64,000 nucleotides of DNA from NCBI GenBank assembly GCA_963708025.1, contig CAVPSB010000016.1, positions 320,001 to 384,000 on the forward strand, given 5' to 3'. Below, one piece after another: positions 1 through 12,721 of the stretch. Under the pieces are notes generated by a model. That model made no database searches, was not told the origin of the DNA, and was given only the letters and a program-made list of their open reading frames with translations. Both the position numbers and the translations under genes were made by a program. Source of the stretch: an uncultured Candidatus Rokubacteria bacterium. Its GTDB lineage: Bacteria; Methylomirabilota; Methylomirabilia; Rokubacteriales; DASRDR01. How positions within the stretch are numbered: the stretch's first letter is position 1; each line of letters starts with the position of its first letter.

Positions 1-240
1 GTTCGACGTGAACGTCCCGTCCTCCTTGACCGTGACCCGCCCCGAGACGCCTGGTCCGCCGTACGCCCCGGCGCCCCGGGCGCCCGTCGCGGAGCCCTCC
101 CACTCGCCGGCGAGGCTCTTGAGGTCCCCGGCCTGGAGCGTCCTCGCGGGAGGCAGGGGTATGGGCGTCGCGCACCCGGCCAGGAACGCCACCGCGACCA
201 CCATCACCAGCAACCACATTCGCGTGCTTCCTCGGTTCAT
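1..240 (-). CDS. Putative lipoprotein, 3' part outside window
   Basis: Read manually: MNRGSTRMWLLVMVVAVAFLAGCATPIP... with LAGC lipobox; GGAGG upstream of the ATG at 240. Confidence 0.7.
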   Translation of the reverse strand, partial: MNRGSTRMWLLVMVVAVAFLAGCATPIPLPPARTLQAGDLKSLAGEWEGSATGARGAGAYGGPGVSGRVTVKEDGTFTSN

Positions 241-349
241 TGCTTCCTCCTGTCTTCCAGCACCAGCCTGGCGGTGCCGACGAACGTTGTGCGGTGCCGC
301 GCCTGCGACCGCGTGTCGCGCTCCTGCATCGTCTCGTCCTTGGACCTGG

Positions 350-958
350 CTACTGCCGCCAGATCGCCTCGAGCGCCGTCGCGAGGTCACGGCCGAGCGC
401 CGCGACGAGCCGGCTCTGGGCCGAGACCAGCGTGGCGTAGCCCCCTCCGGCCGGCTCGCTATGGCTCGACTTCCCCGTGGTGGCCGGGACCTTTCCACCT
501 CGTCTGGAGATGGTCCAGGCCGCGACGAGCCAGCAGTCGCCGCCCAGGGTCCCCTCGAACCGGGTGATGTCCACGGCCACCTCGTAGTCGATGGGGACAG
601 CCCCCGCCCAGGGGAAGACCGCCACGCGCTCCGTCGGGATGAGCAGGGCGAGATTCTCGGCCAGGACCCGGGTGACGTTGTCCCCGAGGGGGGCCGCCCA
701 CTGGTCGAACTCCGCCAGGCGGAGCGCGTTGCCGCCGACGCGGGTCACGATCTGCGGTCGATCCAGCTGGGCCGGGAGCTCCACCGGGCGGAGGCCGACG
801 GTGGGTCGAGAGCCGGCGGAGCCGTCACTCGGCCGCTCGGCGACCGCGAGCGCGGTCAAGACGTAGAATCTCGTTTCCGGGACGGTCGAACACCCACTCC
901 CGCCGAGAGCGGCCGCGCACGCCGCGACCGAGACCCAGCGGAGGAGAGGGCCCATCAT
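350..958 (-). CDS. pqiC: PqiC-family ABC transport auxiliary lipoprotein
   Basis: Lipobox GSGC, TRFYVL, VELPAQLDRPQIV, WAAPL motifs; last gene of MCE operon; start overlaps the upstream stop. Confidence 0.85.
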   Translation of the reverse strand: MMGPLLRWVSVAACAAALGGSGCSTVPETRFYVLTALAVAERPSDGSAGSRPTVGLRPVELPAQLDRPQIVTRVGGNALRLAEFDQWAAPLGDNVTRVLAENLALLIPTERVAVFPWAGAVPIDYEVAVDITRFEGTLGGDCWLVAAWTISRRGGKVPATTGKSSHSEPAGGGYATLVSAQSRLVAALGRDLATALEAIWRQ

Positions 959-2399
959 TCGACTCCCCTCCGGCCCTTGCCGAACAGCACGGACTCGGGA
1001 CGTCGCTCCAGGTAGCTGGACAGGGTGCGGAACGCCCGGGCGGCCGCCGCCAGCTCCTGGAGCGTCACCCTGAGCTGGTAGCGGAGGGGCGACTGCTCTT
1101 CGAGCACGCCGTCCACGCTGGCCAGCGTGGTCTCGGCCTTCTCCAGGGCGCCGCGGGCCGCGCCGGCGGTCCGCTCGATCTCCTGCACCAGCGGGCCGAG
1201 GTCCGCCAGCACCTGGCTCACCGCCGGCACCGTCTCCGCGTCCACCCGCCGCACCAGCTCGCGGGTCGCGCCGGCCGTCTTCCCGACCTCCTCCACCAGC
1301 GGCCGGAGCTCCGCCAGGAGCCGGTTCACCGCCGGCACCGTCTCCGCGTCCACTCGCCGCACCAGCTCGCGCGCGGCGCCAGCGGCCTTTCCAGTGTCGT
1401 CCACCAGCGGCCGGAGGTCCGCCAGGAGCCGGTTCACTGCCGGCACCGTCTCCGCGTCCACCCGCCGCACCAGCTCGCGCGCGGCGCCGGCGGCCTTCCC
1501 GGTGTCGTCCACCAGCGGCCGGAGCTCCGTCAGGACCTGGCTCACCGCCGGCACGGTCTCGGCATCCACCCGCCGCACCAGCCGTTGAGCGTCCCTCACG
1601 GTCTCGTTCACCGCCGTGACGGTCTGGCCCTCGACGCGGCGCGCGAGCGCCTCGATCGCGGCCAGGGTGTCGTTGGCGCTCGCCGACGTCCGGTCGAGGA
1701 CGGAGCCGAGTGTGGTGACGCGGGCGTCCGCGTTCGCGACCAGGCGGTCGAGACCCTTCAGCGCGGCCGCTGCCGGAGACGACGGCTGCCTCGAGCTCCG
1801 GCCGGTTCACCAGCCGCGCCATCCCCTGCAGGATGTCCTGGACGTTCTTCGCCAGCTCGGCCGTGTTCAGCTCCTCCAGGCCCCGGCCGATCGCGCTCAT
1901 GCGCGACGGGATCGTGGGAAACTCGGGATACTTCTCGGGCCGCCCGACCAGCCTGATGGAACGTGCCAGGATGGAAGTCGAGGTTGATGGCCAGCTGGCC
2001 GGTCACGAAGCTCTGCGTCTCCAGCTGCGCGCGCAGACCGCGCTGCGATGAGGGCTCGTATGCCCGCGGCTCCCGGCCGGAATTGCAGTGATCCCGCCTG
2101 TCGACACTGCGTGATGCGGTCGGCCTCGAGCTCGAGGAAGACCGGGACGCGAACCTGCTCCGACTTCGAGTCGATCACCACCTTGATGTCGGTGACGGAT
2201 CCCACCTTGACGCCCCGGAACAGGTCACCGGGGCGCCCATGTCGCGAGGCCCTTGATGGACTCGTCGAAGTACGCCACCCACGGCTGGGTGGACCGGAAG
2301 AACTTCCCGCCGCCAAAGACCACCAGGCCGGCGACGGCCAGGACCACCGCACCCAGCACGAACGCCTCCGAGCAGGGCCGGATTCGGCTTGCGAGCCAT
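955..2399 (-). CDS. mlaD: MlaD/PqiB-family MCE protein with long helical C-terminus, frameshifted in several places
   Basis: Fragments AFVLGAVVLAV..YFDESIKGL, FRGVKVGSVTDI, TGQLAINLDFHP and C-terminal YLERRPESVLFGK lie in different frames. Confidence 0.8.
1150..1582 (-). repeat. Four tandem ~108-bp (36-aa) coding repeats inside mlaD
   Basis: Unit like LVRRVDAETVPAVNRLLADLRPLVDDTGKAAGAARE occurs four times. Confidence 0.85.
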
Positions 2400-2402
2400 G
2401 CC

Positions 2403-3170
2403 TCATGCTCCCTTTCGATTCGCCCCGCGTGAGGAATCGCCGGACCGTCGGGTGCGGCGACTCCTCCAGCAGGGTCTTCGGATTTCCGGTGGCGAGCATC
2501 GTTTTCGTCTCCGCGTCCAGGAAGACCGAGTTGGTGCCGATGGCGAAGATGCTGGCCAGCTCGTGCGTGACCACCACGACCGTGGCGCCGAGGCTGTCCC
2601 GCAGCTCGAGGATCAGGTCGTCCAGGAGGCGGGCGCTGATCGGGTCCAGGCCGGCGGACGGCTCGTCGAAGAACAGGATGTCCGGATCCAGCGCCATCGC
2701 GCGCGCCAGCCCCGCCCGCTTCCGCATGCCCCCGCTGATCTCGGAGGGGTAGAAGTCCTCGAAGCCCGCCAGCCCGACCAGCGCCAGCTTGAGCGAGACG
2801 AGATCGCGGATCTCCGCCGGGCGGCAGGTCGGTGTACTGCTCGAGCGGCAGCGCCACGTTCTCGGCCAGCGTCATGGAGCTCCACAGGGCGCCGCTCTGG
2901 TAGAGGACGCCGAAGCGCCGCATCATGCGCTCGCGCGCGTCCGGCTCGGCCTCCCAGAAGCTCTCGCCGTCGTAGAGCACCTCGCCCCGGGCGGGCTCGG
3001 ATCAGCCCGATCAGGTGCCGGAGGAGGGTGCTCTTGCCGCACCCGCTGCCGCCCATGATGATGAAGATGTCCTCGCGCCGGACCGTGAAGGTGAGGTCCC
3101 GCTGGATCACGCGCTCGCCATACGCCATGTCGAGGTTGCGCACCTCGATGCGGGCCTCCCGTTCGGGCAT
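2403..3170 (-). CDS. mlaF: MlaF-type ABC ATP-binding protein, frameshifted
   Basis: Walker A GGSGCGKS, YQSGAL, GMRKRAGLARAMALDP, FFDEPSAGLDP and VVTHEL across three frames. Confidence 0.85.
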
Positions 3171-3195
3171 CGTCCCGTCGGTCGCGCATCACTCC

Positions 3196-4387
3196 TCAGA
3201 ATCCGATGAGGTCGAAGATCACGGTCATGACCGCGTCCGACACGATGATGCTGACGATCCCCGTCACCACCGCCGAGGTCGCCGCCGCACCCGACGGCGG
3301 CGGAGCTGCGCCCGCACTCCATGCCGCGGAGACATCCGGCGATGGCCACCAGCACGCCGAAGACGGTGCCCTTGATGAGCCCCGCCAGCACGTCGTTGAG
3401 GCCGATGGCGGCGGCTCGTCCGCAGGTAGTACTGGACGCCGCCCGAGTCGAGCAGGCCGAGCCCCACCGCTCGCGCCGCCCGAGGATGCCCATGAGGTCC
3501 GCGTAGAGGCAGAGGAGCGGCATCATCAGCGGCCAGGGCCAGCATCCGCGGCAGCACCAGGAACTCCATGGGCGAGATGCCGAGGGTCGTCAGCGCGTCG
3601 ATCTCCTCGTTGACCTGCATGGTGCCGAGCTGGGCGGCGAAGGCCGCGCCCGTCCGCCCGGCCATGATGATGCCCGTCATCATCGCCCCCATCTCCCGCG
3701 TCATGGCGATCCCGACGAGGTCCGCGACGTAGATCTGGGCCCCGAACTGCCGGAGCTGGATGGCGCCGACGAAGGCCAGGATGACGCCGACCAGGAAGCT
3801 GATGAGGGTGACGATCGGGAGCGCCTGGGCGCCGCACTCCTGCAGGAGCAGGAGGAAGTCGACCCGCCGGAACCGGGCGGTGCCGCGCAGCAGCCTCGGG
3901 AGGCAGAGGATCGCCTCGCCGAGGAAGGTCAGGATGGCCGTCGTGGCCTCGCGGCCGTCAGCGCGCCGATGCCGAGGCGCGCCAGCCAGGAGGGGGCACC
4001 CCGGACCGGCTCGGTGTCCGTTCGCCTCGGCACCTTCGCCGCCAGGGTCAGCAGCCGCTGGACGCCGCCGGGCAGCCCGCTCCGGTCGGTCTCGATGTGG
4101 CGCCGATCGTTCTCGGCGATGACGTCGTCCAGGAACGTCAGGAGGCCGGTGTCCCAGCCGGTGAGCCCCGCGGTGTCGAACGACATCCGACTGGGGCGAC
4201 TGGGGGCCGGGGTGGACTCCACGTGCCGGCGGACCTCAGCCGGGCCCGGCAGCTTCAGCCCGAGCTGCCAGCTCCCGGACAGCCGGACCAGGAGCGTGTC
4301 GCTCGTCGGCCGCTCGAAGCCCAGGCTGCACGCCCCGGGCGAGGCCTCCTCCGCCTCCACGGCGCGTCTCCCCTCGCTCATAGCCAC
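3196..4387 (-). CDS. mlaE: MlaE-type ABC permease with N-terminal STAS-like domain, frameshifted
   Basis: REMGAMMTGIIMAGRTGAAFAAQLGTMQVNEEIDAL and LVLPR MlaE signatures. Confidence 0.85.
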
Positions 4388-4428
4388 CCTCGCCTGTCTC
4401 GCCCGATCACAGCGGGGACCGCTCGTGG

Positions 4429-4767
4429 CTACTCATCGCCTCCCCTCGCCCGCCGGCGGCGGCGCGGGACCGGAGGCTGGCGTCGCCGATCTGGCGGGGC
4501 CGCGGGTGACCCCGGTGTGGCACACGCCAGCAGCAGCGCGACATACGGGGAGGCCCCCAGCAGGTGCACGCCCTCGCCAGCCAGCCGCCGAAGCAGCGCC
4601 ACGCCGGCGTCACTGCCACCCGTCAGGTGAGTCAGATCGAGTACCAGCGGGCGCCGCGCCCTCCGGCAGACGCCGTCGAGCTCGGCGACCCCGTCGTTGG
4701 CGAGCCGTCCGTCGACACGGATCGCGGTGAGATCCGCAGCCTCGGCGACGGTCACGCGCAACGCCAA
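4429..4767 (-). CDS. Small STAS-like domain protein
   Basis: LRVTV..IRVDGRL..LVLDLTHLTGGSDAGVALLRRL resembles STAS fold; start uncertain (TTG at 4767). Confidence 0.55.
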   Translation of the reverse strand: MALRVTVAEAADLTAIRVDGRLANDGVAELDGVCRRARRPLVLDLTHLTGGSDAGVALLRRLAGEGVHLLGASPYVALLLACATPGSPAAPPDRRRQPPVPRRRRRARGGDE

Positions 4768-4909
4768 CGCGCTACCGCCGGCCTCGCGTCGTGGCCCGAG
4801 GCATCCAGAGCAGCGAGCGGCGAAGCCCCAGACGGTGTGAATCGTCTCGACGTCGCCCCACATCCGAGCTCAACTCGTACTCCCCTGACCCCGTCGGTCG
4901 CTCGAGGAC

Positions 4910-6208
4910 CTACCGTGTCCCCGAAGCGACGGGCACTTCGTGGAAGGTCCAGCCCAGCGCCGCGAAGCCGTGCTGCGCCGGCGCCGACATTCGCCCGGTC
5001 AGCCAGAGACCCCGCCGGGCGGCCATGATGTCCGGCCACGCGGCGAAGCGGGCGATCCGCTCCGTCCACGAGACGTAGTCCACGGGAGCGGGGACGACCA
5101 CGGCGTCGTCGGGCGTCACCCCGATCACGCTCCCCCGCGCCGCCACCCTTCGGATAGGCATCCCGCTCACGCTGAGCCGGGTCAGCACGTGAACGGCGTC
5201 GGCCAGGAACCGGGCCTCCTCTTCGCTGGTGGCGGTCGCGGCCAGGGCGATCACCTCGGGACGCCCCGGGATGCCCCCCAGGCGCTCGAGACCGGTGACC
5301 AGCGCGGTCAGGACCGACAGCGAGAACCACCGCGTGCCGAGCAGCGCCTGCGCCTGCGCCTCGCTCGCGCCCATGGTGATCATCTTCTGCTTGTTGAGGA
5401 CGATCAGATCGGCCTCCGGCGTGTCATACACGAGGTCGTGCGTGAAGGACATGCCGGAGATCGCGATCGAGCCCGGGACGAACGCGCTCACCAGGAGGTT
5501 CACCCCCAGCCGTCCCGAGAAGGCGACCCAGGCCGTGTCCGTGAGCTTCTGGGCCAGCACCGGATTGGTCGTGTAGGGGTCGACCCCCAGGCCCCTCGCG
5601 AGTTGCCGCCGGACCTGCTCGAAGCCGAGGGCGGTGATGGTCGCGCTCCCGACCCGCTGGGCGGTGTCCTGCACCTTCTGCTGCTCGCTCTTGGTGGGGT
5701 CAGAAGCCCCCTGCACGATGTGCTCGGCGCCCAGCTCCACCCGGTCGAAGAACCGCGAGACACCCGAGGGAATCCCTTGCAACGTCGCCACGGGATTCAT
5801 GACGAGGTCGGCGACCGCTTCCACGGGCTTGGCAGCCGCGTTGCCCGCCGCGCTCAGGAACACGTCGGTCTGGCTCGTGGACTCCAGATGCCGGATGGCC
5901 GGCAGCTCGGCGATGCGAATCCGGAGCAGCTCGCGTCCGGGCGCGACGAAGGTCCCCACGTCCGAGCGGAGCGTGAAGCGGCCGAGAAGCCCGTCGGTGG
6001 GGACCTGATCCTCCACCCGGAACAGGGGGCCCGCGAGCATGTCCGGGGCCAGGAGCTCGCTCGCCCGGCGGACCGGCGGCGCCTGGAAGGGTGGCTGAGC
6101 ATCGGCCTCGCCGGCGGCGAGCCAGATACACGCCGCCGACAAACCGACCGCGGCGAGGGAGGCCCGGGCGACCCGTCCCGGCGCCGTGGCGACACTGATG
6201 TGATTCAT
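4910..6208 (-). CDS. Exported hypothetical protein
   Basis: Long ORF with signal peptide ending ADA-Q and an upstream GGAGG. Confidence 0.75.
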   Translation of the reverse strand: MNHISVATAPGRVARASLAAVGLSAACIWLAAGEADAQPPFQAPPVRRASELLAPDMLAGPLFRVEDQVPTDGLLGRFTLRSDVGTFVAPGRELLRIRIAELPAIRHLESTSQTDVFLSAAGNAAAKPVEAVADLVMNPVATLQGIPSGVSRFFDRVELGAEHIVQGASDPTKSEQQKVQDTAQRVGSATITALGFEQVRRQLARGLGVDPYTTNPVLAQKLTDTAWVAFSGRLGVNLLVSAFVPGSIAISGMSFTHDLVYDTPEADLIVLNKQKMITMGASEAQAQALLGTRWFSLSVLTALVTGLERLGGIPGRPEVIALAATATSEEEARFLADAVHVLTRLSVSGMPIRRVAARGSVIGVTPDDAVVVPAPVDYVSWTERIARFAAWPDIMAARRGLWLTGRMSAPAQHGFAALGWTFHEVPVASGTR

Positions 6209-6265
6209 CGAGCAACCTCCTGTGGACCCTACGCGCCGGGTGCTCCCAGCTCGGGTGACTAGATC

Positions 6266-6322
6266 AACCCTCCCTTTTCCCTCTCCCCCGCTGGGGGGGA
6301 GAGGTCGGGGGGAGGGGGTGAG
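6266..6322. repeat. REP-like palindrome (CCCTCTCCCCC...GGGGGAGAGG type)
   Basis: Intergenic inverted repeat; similar units at 63270-63362. Confidence 0.6.
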
Positions 6323-6387
6323 ACCATGCGCGGCGAGAAAACGGGCGCCCGGGCGGGCGCCCGCCGGAGCCCTGGTCCCACGACCGG

Positions 6388-6834
6388 CTACTTCTCGAGA
6401 GCGAGCTTGAGCCCCTCCACCGCCACCTTGATGTTGGCGCCCTTGGTCGTGCTCTTCAGCTGGATCACCACGCCTTCCGTGTTGCGCAGCGCGGTGAGAC
6501 CGGCCCCCTTGTAGGCCGTGCCCTCGAGGCCCGCGGTCCCGTAGACTCCGCTGAAGTCCTCGACCTTCTTCAGGTTGAACACGTCGCCGGTCGCCTCCGC
6601 CTTGGTGATGCCCACCTCGCCCACGGTGAGCCCGTCCACCTTGAACGGATAGGTCTTTCCCTTGTAGGTCAGCACACCCTTGCCCCAGCTCCACCCGATC
6701 CCGACTGCGACCGTGCCTTCCGACAGCTTCACGGTGGCATCGGGCTTCTTGGCGTCCTGGGCGACGGCCGACCCGATGAGCAGCGCCAGCAGCCCTCCGA
6801 CGGCGATCCACGCAGACAGTCGACGAACCATCAT
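6388..6834 (-). CDS. Exported DUF1134/EipA-like protein
   Basis: Signal peptide AVA-Q; VAVGIGWSWGKGVLTYKGKTYPFKVDGL pattern. Confidence 0.65.
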   Translation of the reverse strand: MMVRRLSAWIAVGGLLALLIGSAVAQDAKKPDATVKLSEGTVAVGIGWSWGKGVLTYKGKTYPFKVDGLTVGEVGITKAEATGDVFNLKKVEDFSGVYGTAGLEGTAYKGAGLTALRNTEGVVIQLKSTTKGANIKVAVEGLKLALEK

Positions 6835-7284
6835 TCCGCCTCCTTGGCTTGGGCATCCCGGCCTGCCTGCCCGCAATGTCGCGCCGCAGCCCTCCGGGTT
6901 CCGCCCCATGAGGGGCAAGATCGATACCAATGACCGGGCCAAGGGACCGACTGTCCCGAACCCCGCGTCATCTCGGTGGAGTTGGATGAAGCCCGGCCCT
7001 CGGCCGCCACGACCGCGAGCCGGGCCCCCCACCACCGGAGGTGGTCGGTCACCGCATGTGGTGGGTGGCGGAAGGCGAGCTCCGGAATCTCCCTGGACGG
7101 GAGAGGCAGCGGAATCAGTTAGGAGCTGTCGGAGCGCGGAGGCAGTGGAACGGTTAGTCGTTGCACGGCGGCGCGTCAATCCCGCAAGGAGATCCCCCTG
7201 GGCGGGAGCGGCGTCCGGTATAATCCGCTCATCGTCCCCCGACGCCGTGGCGACCGCGGCGGGACCGGGACCAAGGAGGCGCAC

Positions 7285-8331
7285 ATGGTGGCGTGGCTCT
7301 CGGCGCTCCTCGCCCTCGTCCTCGTTCTGGCGGGCCCGGCCTGGGCGCAGCTCACGCTGCCGCCCGGGTTCACCGCCCAGGTGTACGTGACCGGCCAGGG
7401 GTTCGACACGAGCTCCGATCGCGGCGTCTTCGGGATGCCCGCGGTCGCCAGCCTGGCGTTCGACGGCCTCGGCAACCTCTACCTGTCCAAGACCGGGGCC
7501 CGGTTCCGTCAGGGCGAGGTCGAGGACCTCTTCTCCATCTACCGCATCCCCCTCGGCGGGGCACGGCTGAACCCCGACATCGAGCCGCGCTATCTCTACG
7601 GCCCGCCCCTCCGCAATCCCGTCATCGCCGCGGTGCGCGGTCGCGGCGAGGTCTACGTGACCACCTACGACCGCGATCGTCGAACCGGCGCCCTGTACCG
7701 GATGACCGACGGGCGCCCGCAGCTCCTGGCGGGCGGCACGCCGCCCAGTGGCGGTTCCCCGCTCTTCCGCCAGCCGGAAGGCGTGGCGGTGGACGGCGCC
7801 GGCCGCATCTACGTGGCGGACCGGGAGCAGGGGTTCGTGGCGCGACTGGACCGCGCGGGCAAGGTCCTCGACGAGCGGTACCTCACGGTCACCCGGCCGC
7901 GGATGCTCGCCATGGACGAGCAGGGGCAGCTCTGGGTCGGAACCGACGGGACGGCCGAGACCCCGTTCCAGGACGGCAAGGGCGAGCTCTGGAAGGCGAG
8001 CCCCGACGGCACGCCCACGCTGGTCCTCACCGGCCCCCTGCCGGCCGGCCTCAGCGTGAGCCCGAGCGGCGCGCTCTTCTTCGCCCAGCGGCGGACCGCG
8101 AAGCTCTTCGTCGTCACCGCGGACGGGAAGCGGATCGACTTTGCCAGCGGCGCGGATGGGACCTACGTCCGCGGCCTGGCCTTCGCGCCCGTCACGCCGG
8201 AAACCCGCCGCGCGGGCATCGCGGGCGACCTCTTCGTGGTCGCGGTCGCCCGCCAGGTCTGGGCGATCAACGAGATCATCCGGATCTCGGGCCCGTTCGA
8301 CGAGTTCGTCCGCCAGCAGTCATCCCCCTGA
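7285..8331 (+). CDS. Secreted NHL/beta-propeller protein
   Basis: Signal peptide AWA-Q; repeats such as PEGVAVDGAGRIYVAD; AAGGAGG RBS; TATAAT upstream. Confidence 0.8.
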   Translation: MVAWLSALLALVLVLAGPAWAQLTLPPGFTAQVYVTGQGFDTSSDRGVFGMPAVASLAFDGLGNLYLSKTGARFRQGEVEDLFSIYRIPLGGARLNPDIEPRYLYGPPLRNPVIAAVRGRGEVYVTTYDRDRRTGALYRMTDGRPQLLAGGTPPSGGSPLFRQPEGVAVDGAGRIYVADREQGFVARLDRAGKVLDERYLTVTRPRMLAMDEQGQLWVGTDGTAETPFQDGKGELWKASPDGTPTLVLTGPLPAGLSVSPSGALFFAQRRTAKLFVVTADGKRIDFASGADGTYVRGLAFAPVTPETRRAGIAGDLFVVAVARQVWAINEIIRISGPFDEFVRQQSSP

Positions 8332-8370
8332 GCTTCTACGCCGGCCGCGGCCAAGGTCGTAGCGGACGAA

Positions 8371-8550
8371 TCACGCTCGGGGCGGGGCCGAGAAGCGAGC
8401 AGCGCCCAAAGGCCGAAGGCCGTCAGATCGACGCAGGGAGTCGCTGACCGCAGGCGTACTCCTAGTACGCCGAGGATCGGCGACGACCCCAAAGGCCGAA
8501 GGCCGTCCGAACGACGACGCGATGCGAAGCTTATCGGCCCCGCCCGCTAG
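8371..8550. repeat. Intergenic element family A, copy 1
   Basis: Ends GGGCGGGGCCGA / TCGGCCCCGCCC; homologous to 24992-25090 and 27991-28186. Confidence 0.85.
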
Positions 8551-8615
8551 AGGCGGCCGTCTCGTCGCGCGTGGCGTGACCGGGCGGGCGCCCGGTCGCG
8601 ACCGCACTCATCGCG

Positions 8616-9482
8616 TCAGGCCCACGAGCCGACGAACGGGCTGTGGTAGCGCGCCGCGCCTGCGAGAAGCGCCGCCTGGGCGCCGGCGTCCAGCGGCCGG
8701 TACCGCTCGGCGGCGACCAGAACCCTGGGGAGCACGGTCACGTCGCCCACGCTGCAGAGCGTCGTCACCGGCTGGGAGAGCACGAAGGCCACGGCCTGAT
8801 CGATGGTCTCCTGGTCCGCGAACGGCTCGTACCAGGTCGCGTGGGTCTTCGGCCGGTCATCCCACGGGTCCTTGGCCACCGTCTTGATGATGTGGACCCC
8901 GACGTCGCGCTGGCGGCAGGCGGCGAGCAGGGCCTCGGCGTCCCGACGGTACTCGGGGATCGACCAGAGCACGAAGTTCAGCGGGAACATCACGGTGTCG
9001 AAGTCGAATCGCCGGAGCGCCTCGAGGTGGGTGCGCGGCGCGTCGTGGGTGTGGCCGGTGATGCCGAGCCAGCGGACCAGCCCCGCCTCGCGCGCCGCCA
9101 CCAGCGCCTCGAGCGCGCCGCCGGCTACCGTGCAGGCATCCAGGTCGGCGAGCTTGCCGACCGAGTGGAGCTGGTAGAGGTCGAGGCGGTCGGTCCCCAG
9201 CCGCTCGAGGGAGCGATGGAGCTCGGCGGTGGCCGCCTCCCGGGTCCGCTCCCGCGTCTTGCAGCCGAGGAAGACCCCGCCCCGGATCCGCGCCATCCAG
9301 GGCTGGAGCCGCAACTCGGCCTCCCCGTAGCTGGGCGCCACGTCGACGTGGTTGACGCCGGCGTCGAGCGCCGCCTGGATGGCGCCGTCGGCCGTCGCCT
9401 GGTCGACCCGTCCGAGCGCCGCCGTTCCCAGCGCCACCACGCTACTCCGGTGTCCCGTCCGTCCGAGTCGACGCCGCTCCAT
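8616..9482 (-). CDS. Aldo/keto reductase
   Basis: LGRTG, GVNHVDVAPSYG, SLERLGTDRLDLYQLH. Confidence 0.92.
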   Translation of the reverse strand: MERRRLGRTGHRSSVVALGTAALGRVDQATADGAIQAALDAGVNHVDVAPSYGEAELRLQPWMARIRGGVFLGCKTRERTREAATAELHRSLERLGTDRLDLYQLHSVGKLADLDACTVAGGALEALVAAREAGLVRWLGITGHTHDAPRTHLEALRRFDFDTVMFPLNFVLWSIPEYRRDAEALLAACRQRDVGVHIIKTVAKDPWDDRPKTHATWYEPFADQETIDQAVAFVLSQPVTTLCSVGDVTVLPRVLVAAERYRPLDAGAQAALLAGAARYHSPFVGSWA

Positions 9483-9583
9483 GCCGCACCTCCTCCGCTC
9501 CAGCCTACACCGAGTCCCCTCCTCGCGGGTCCCCGTCCGCCGAATCTTGACACCGGCGATTTCCCTCCGTACCGTGGATGGGC

Positions 9584-10000
9584 ATGTCGCGCGCCCCGAT
9601 TCCCAAATGGATCCTCGTCGCGGATGACGACGACCTCGTTCGCCAGCTGTGGACGGAGGCGCTCAGGGAGGCGGGGTACCGGACGGTCGAGGCCCGCACC
9701 GGCCGGGAAGCGATCGACCTGATGCGGACGGTGGCGCCGGATCTGATGATCCTCGACCTGCGGATGCCCGACCTCACGGGTGGGGCCGTCCTCCAGTCGA
9801 TCCAGGCGCGGCCGGTCCTCCACCGCATCCCCGTGCTCATCATCTCCGGCTTCCTGGAGGACGAGCCCGTGGTCGATCTCAAGCTGAACATCGTCGCGCG
9901 GCTGGCGAAGCCGATCTCGCTCGCCCGGCTCCGGGAAGTGGTCGCCTCCGCTCTCGCCCATCCACCGACCGACGACAAGCGCCGCTCCACCTACTCCTGA
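9584..10000 (+). CDS. Single-domain response regulator receiver
   Basis: ILVADDD, PDLMILDLRMPDLTG, IISG, KP. Confidence 0.88.
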   Translation: MSRAPIPKWILVADDDDLVRQLWTEALREAGYRTVEARTGREAIDLMRTVAPDLMILDLRMPDLTGGAVLQSIQARPVLHRIPVLIISGFLEDEPVVDLKLNIVARLAKPISLARLREVVASALAHPPTDDKRRSTYS

Positions 10001-10413
10001 TCGGTCGAGCGGCCGGAGGCCCGGCACCGGCGCCGGCAGCCGGAGAACAGCCGGCGGCCCCATCCGGCGTCGTCCACCGGCGCCAGGCCGTCCAGCCAAA
10101 CGGTGGCCTCCCGCAATCGCGCCTCCCGGCGGGCCCGAGGCGCGATCCAGCAGGGGACGCGACACTCCAGGGGACGCACTGGACGGTAACGCCGCAAGTC
10201 TCAACGAGATCCCGCATCTCGGCACCTCGGACCCGGCCGGAGCACTGGAGCCGCCGCGACGATGCGCCATGCCCGGTCCTCGACGCCGCCGGAGGCCGCG
10301 GGGGGCCTCCACATCCGGCAGAACCCGTGAGAGGATCAGAAGACCTAAGGCCTATAGCGCGCCGAACCCGGTGAGCCGAGAATGAATGCCTGACTGGCTC
10401 ACCGGAGGGGTCG

Positions 10414-12545
<2,132 letters not shown>

Positions 12546-12568
12546 CCCGGACGGGCGGGGCGCACGGT

Positions 12569-12721
12569 TCAGTTCGGGACCTCCCGCCCACCCCCCCAGC
12601 CCCCCTCCATCTGACCGGATCGCCGGGACGGCTCGGGCCTACGGCCCTCGCGACGTCCCGCCCTCCGGCGGCCACCGGGGGGAGGGGGGAGTCGGAGGCC
12701 CCATTGCTTCACACGCTCTCA
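12569..12721 (-). mobile_element. Intergenic element family B, TGA-flanked, inserted at the stop codon of the MBL gene
   Basis: TCA at both ends on +; matches 15404-15540 and 63098-63247. Confidence 0.75.

Noticed and set aside
12569-12721. Family B as a group II intron remnant
   Set aside because: No GUGYG 5' end and no recognisable domain V helix
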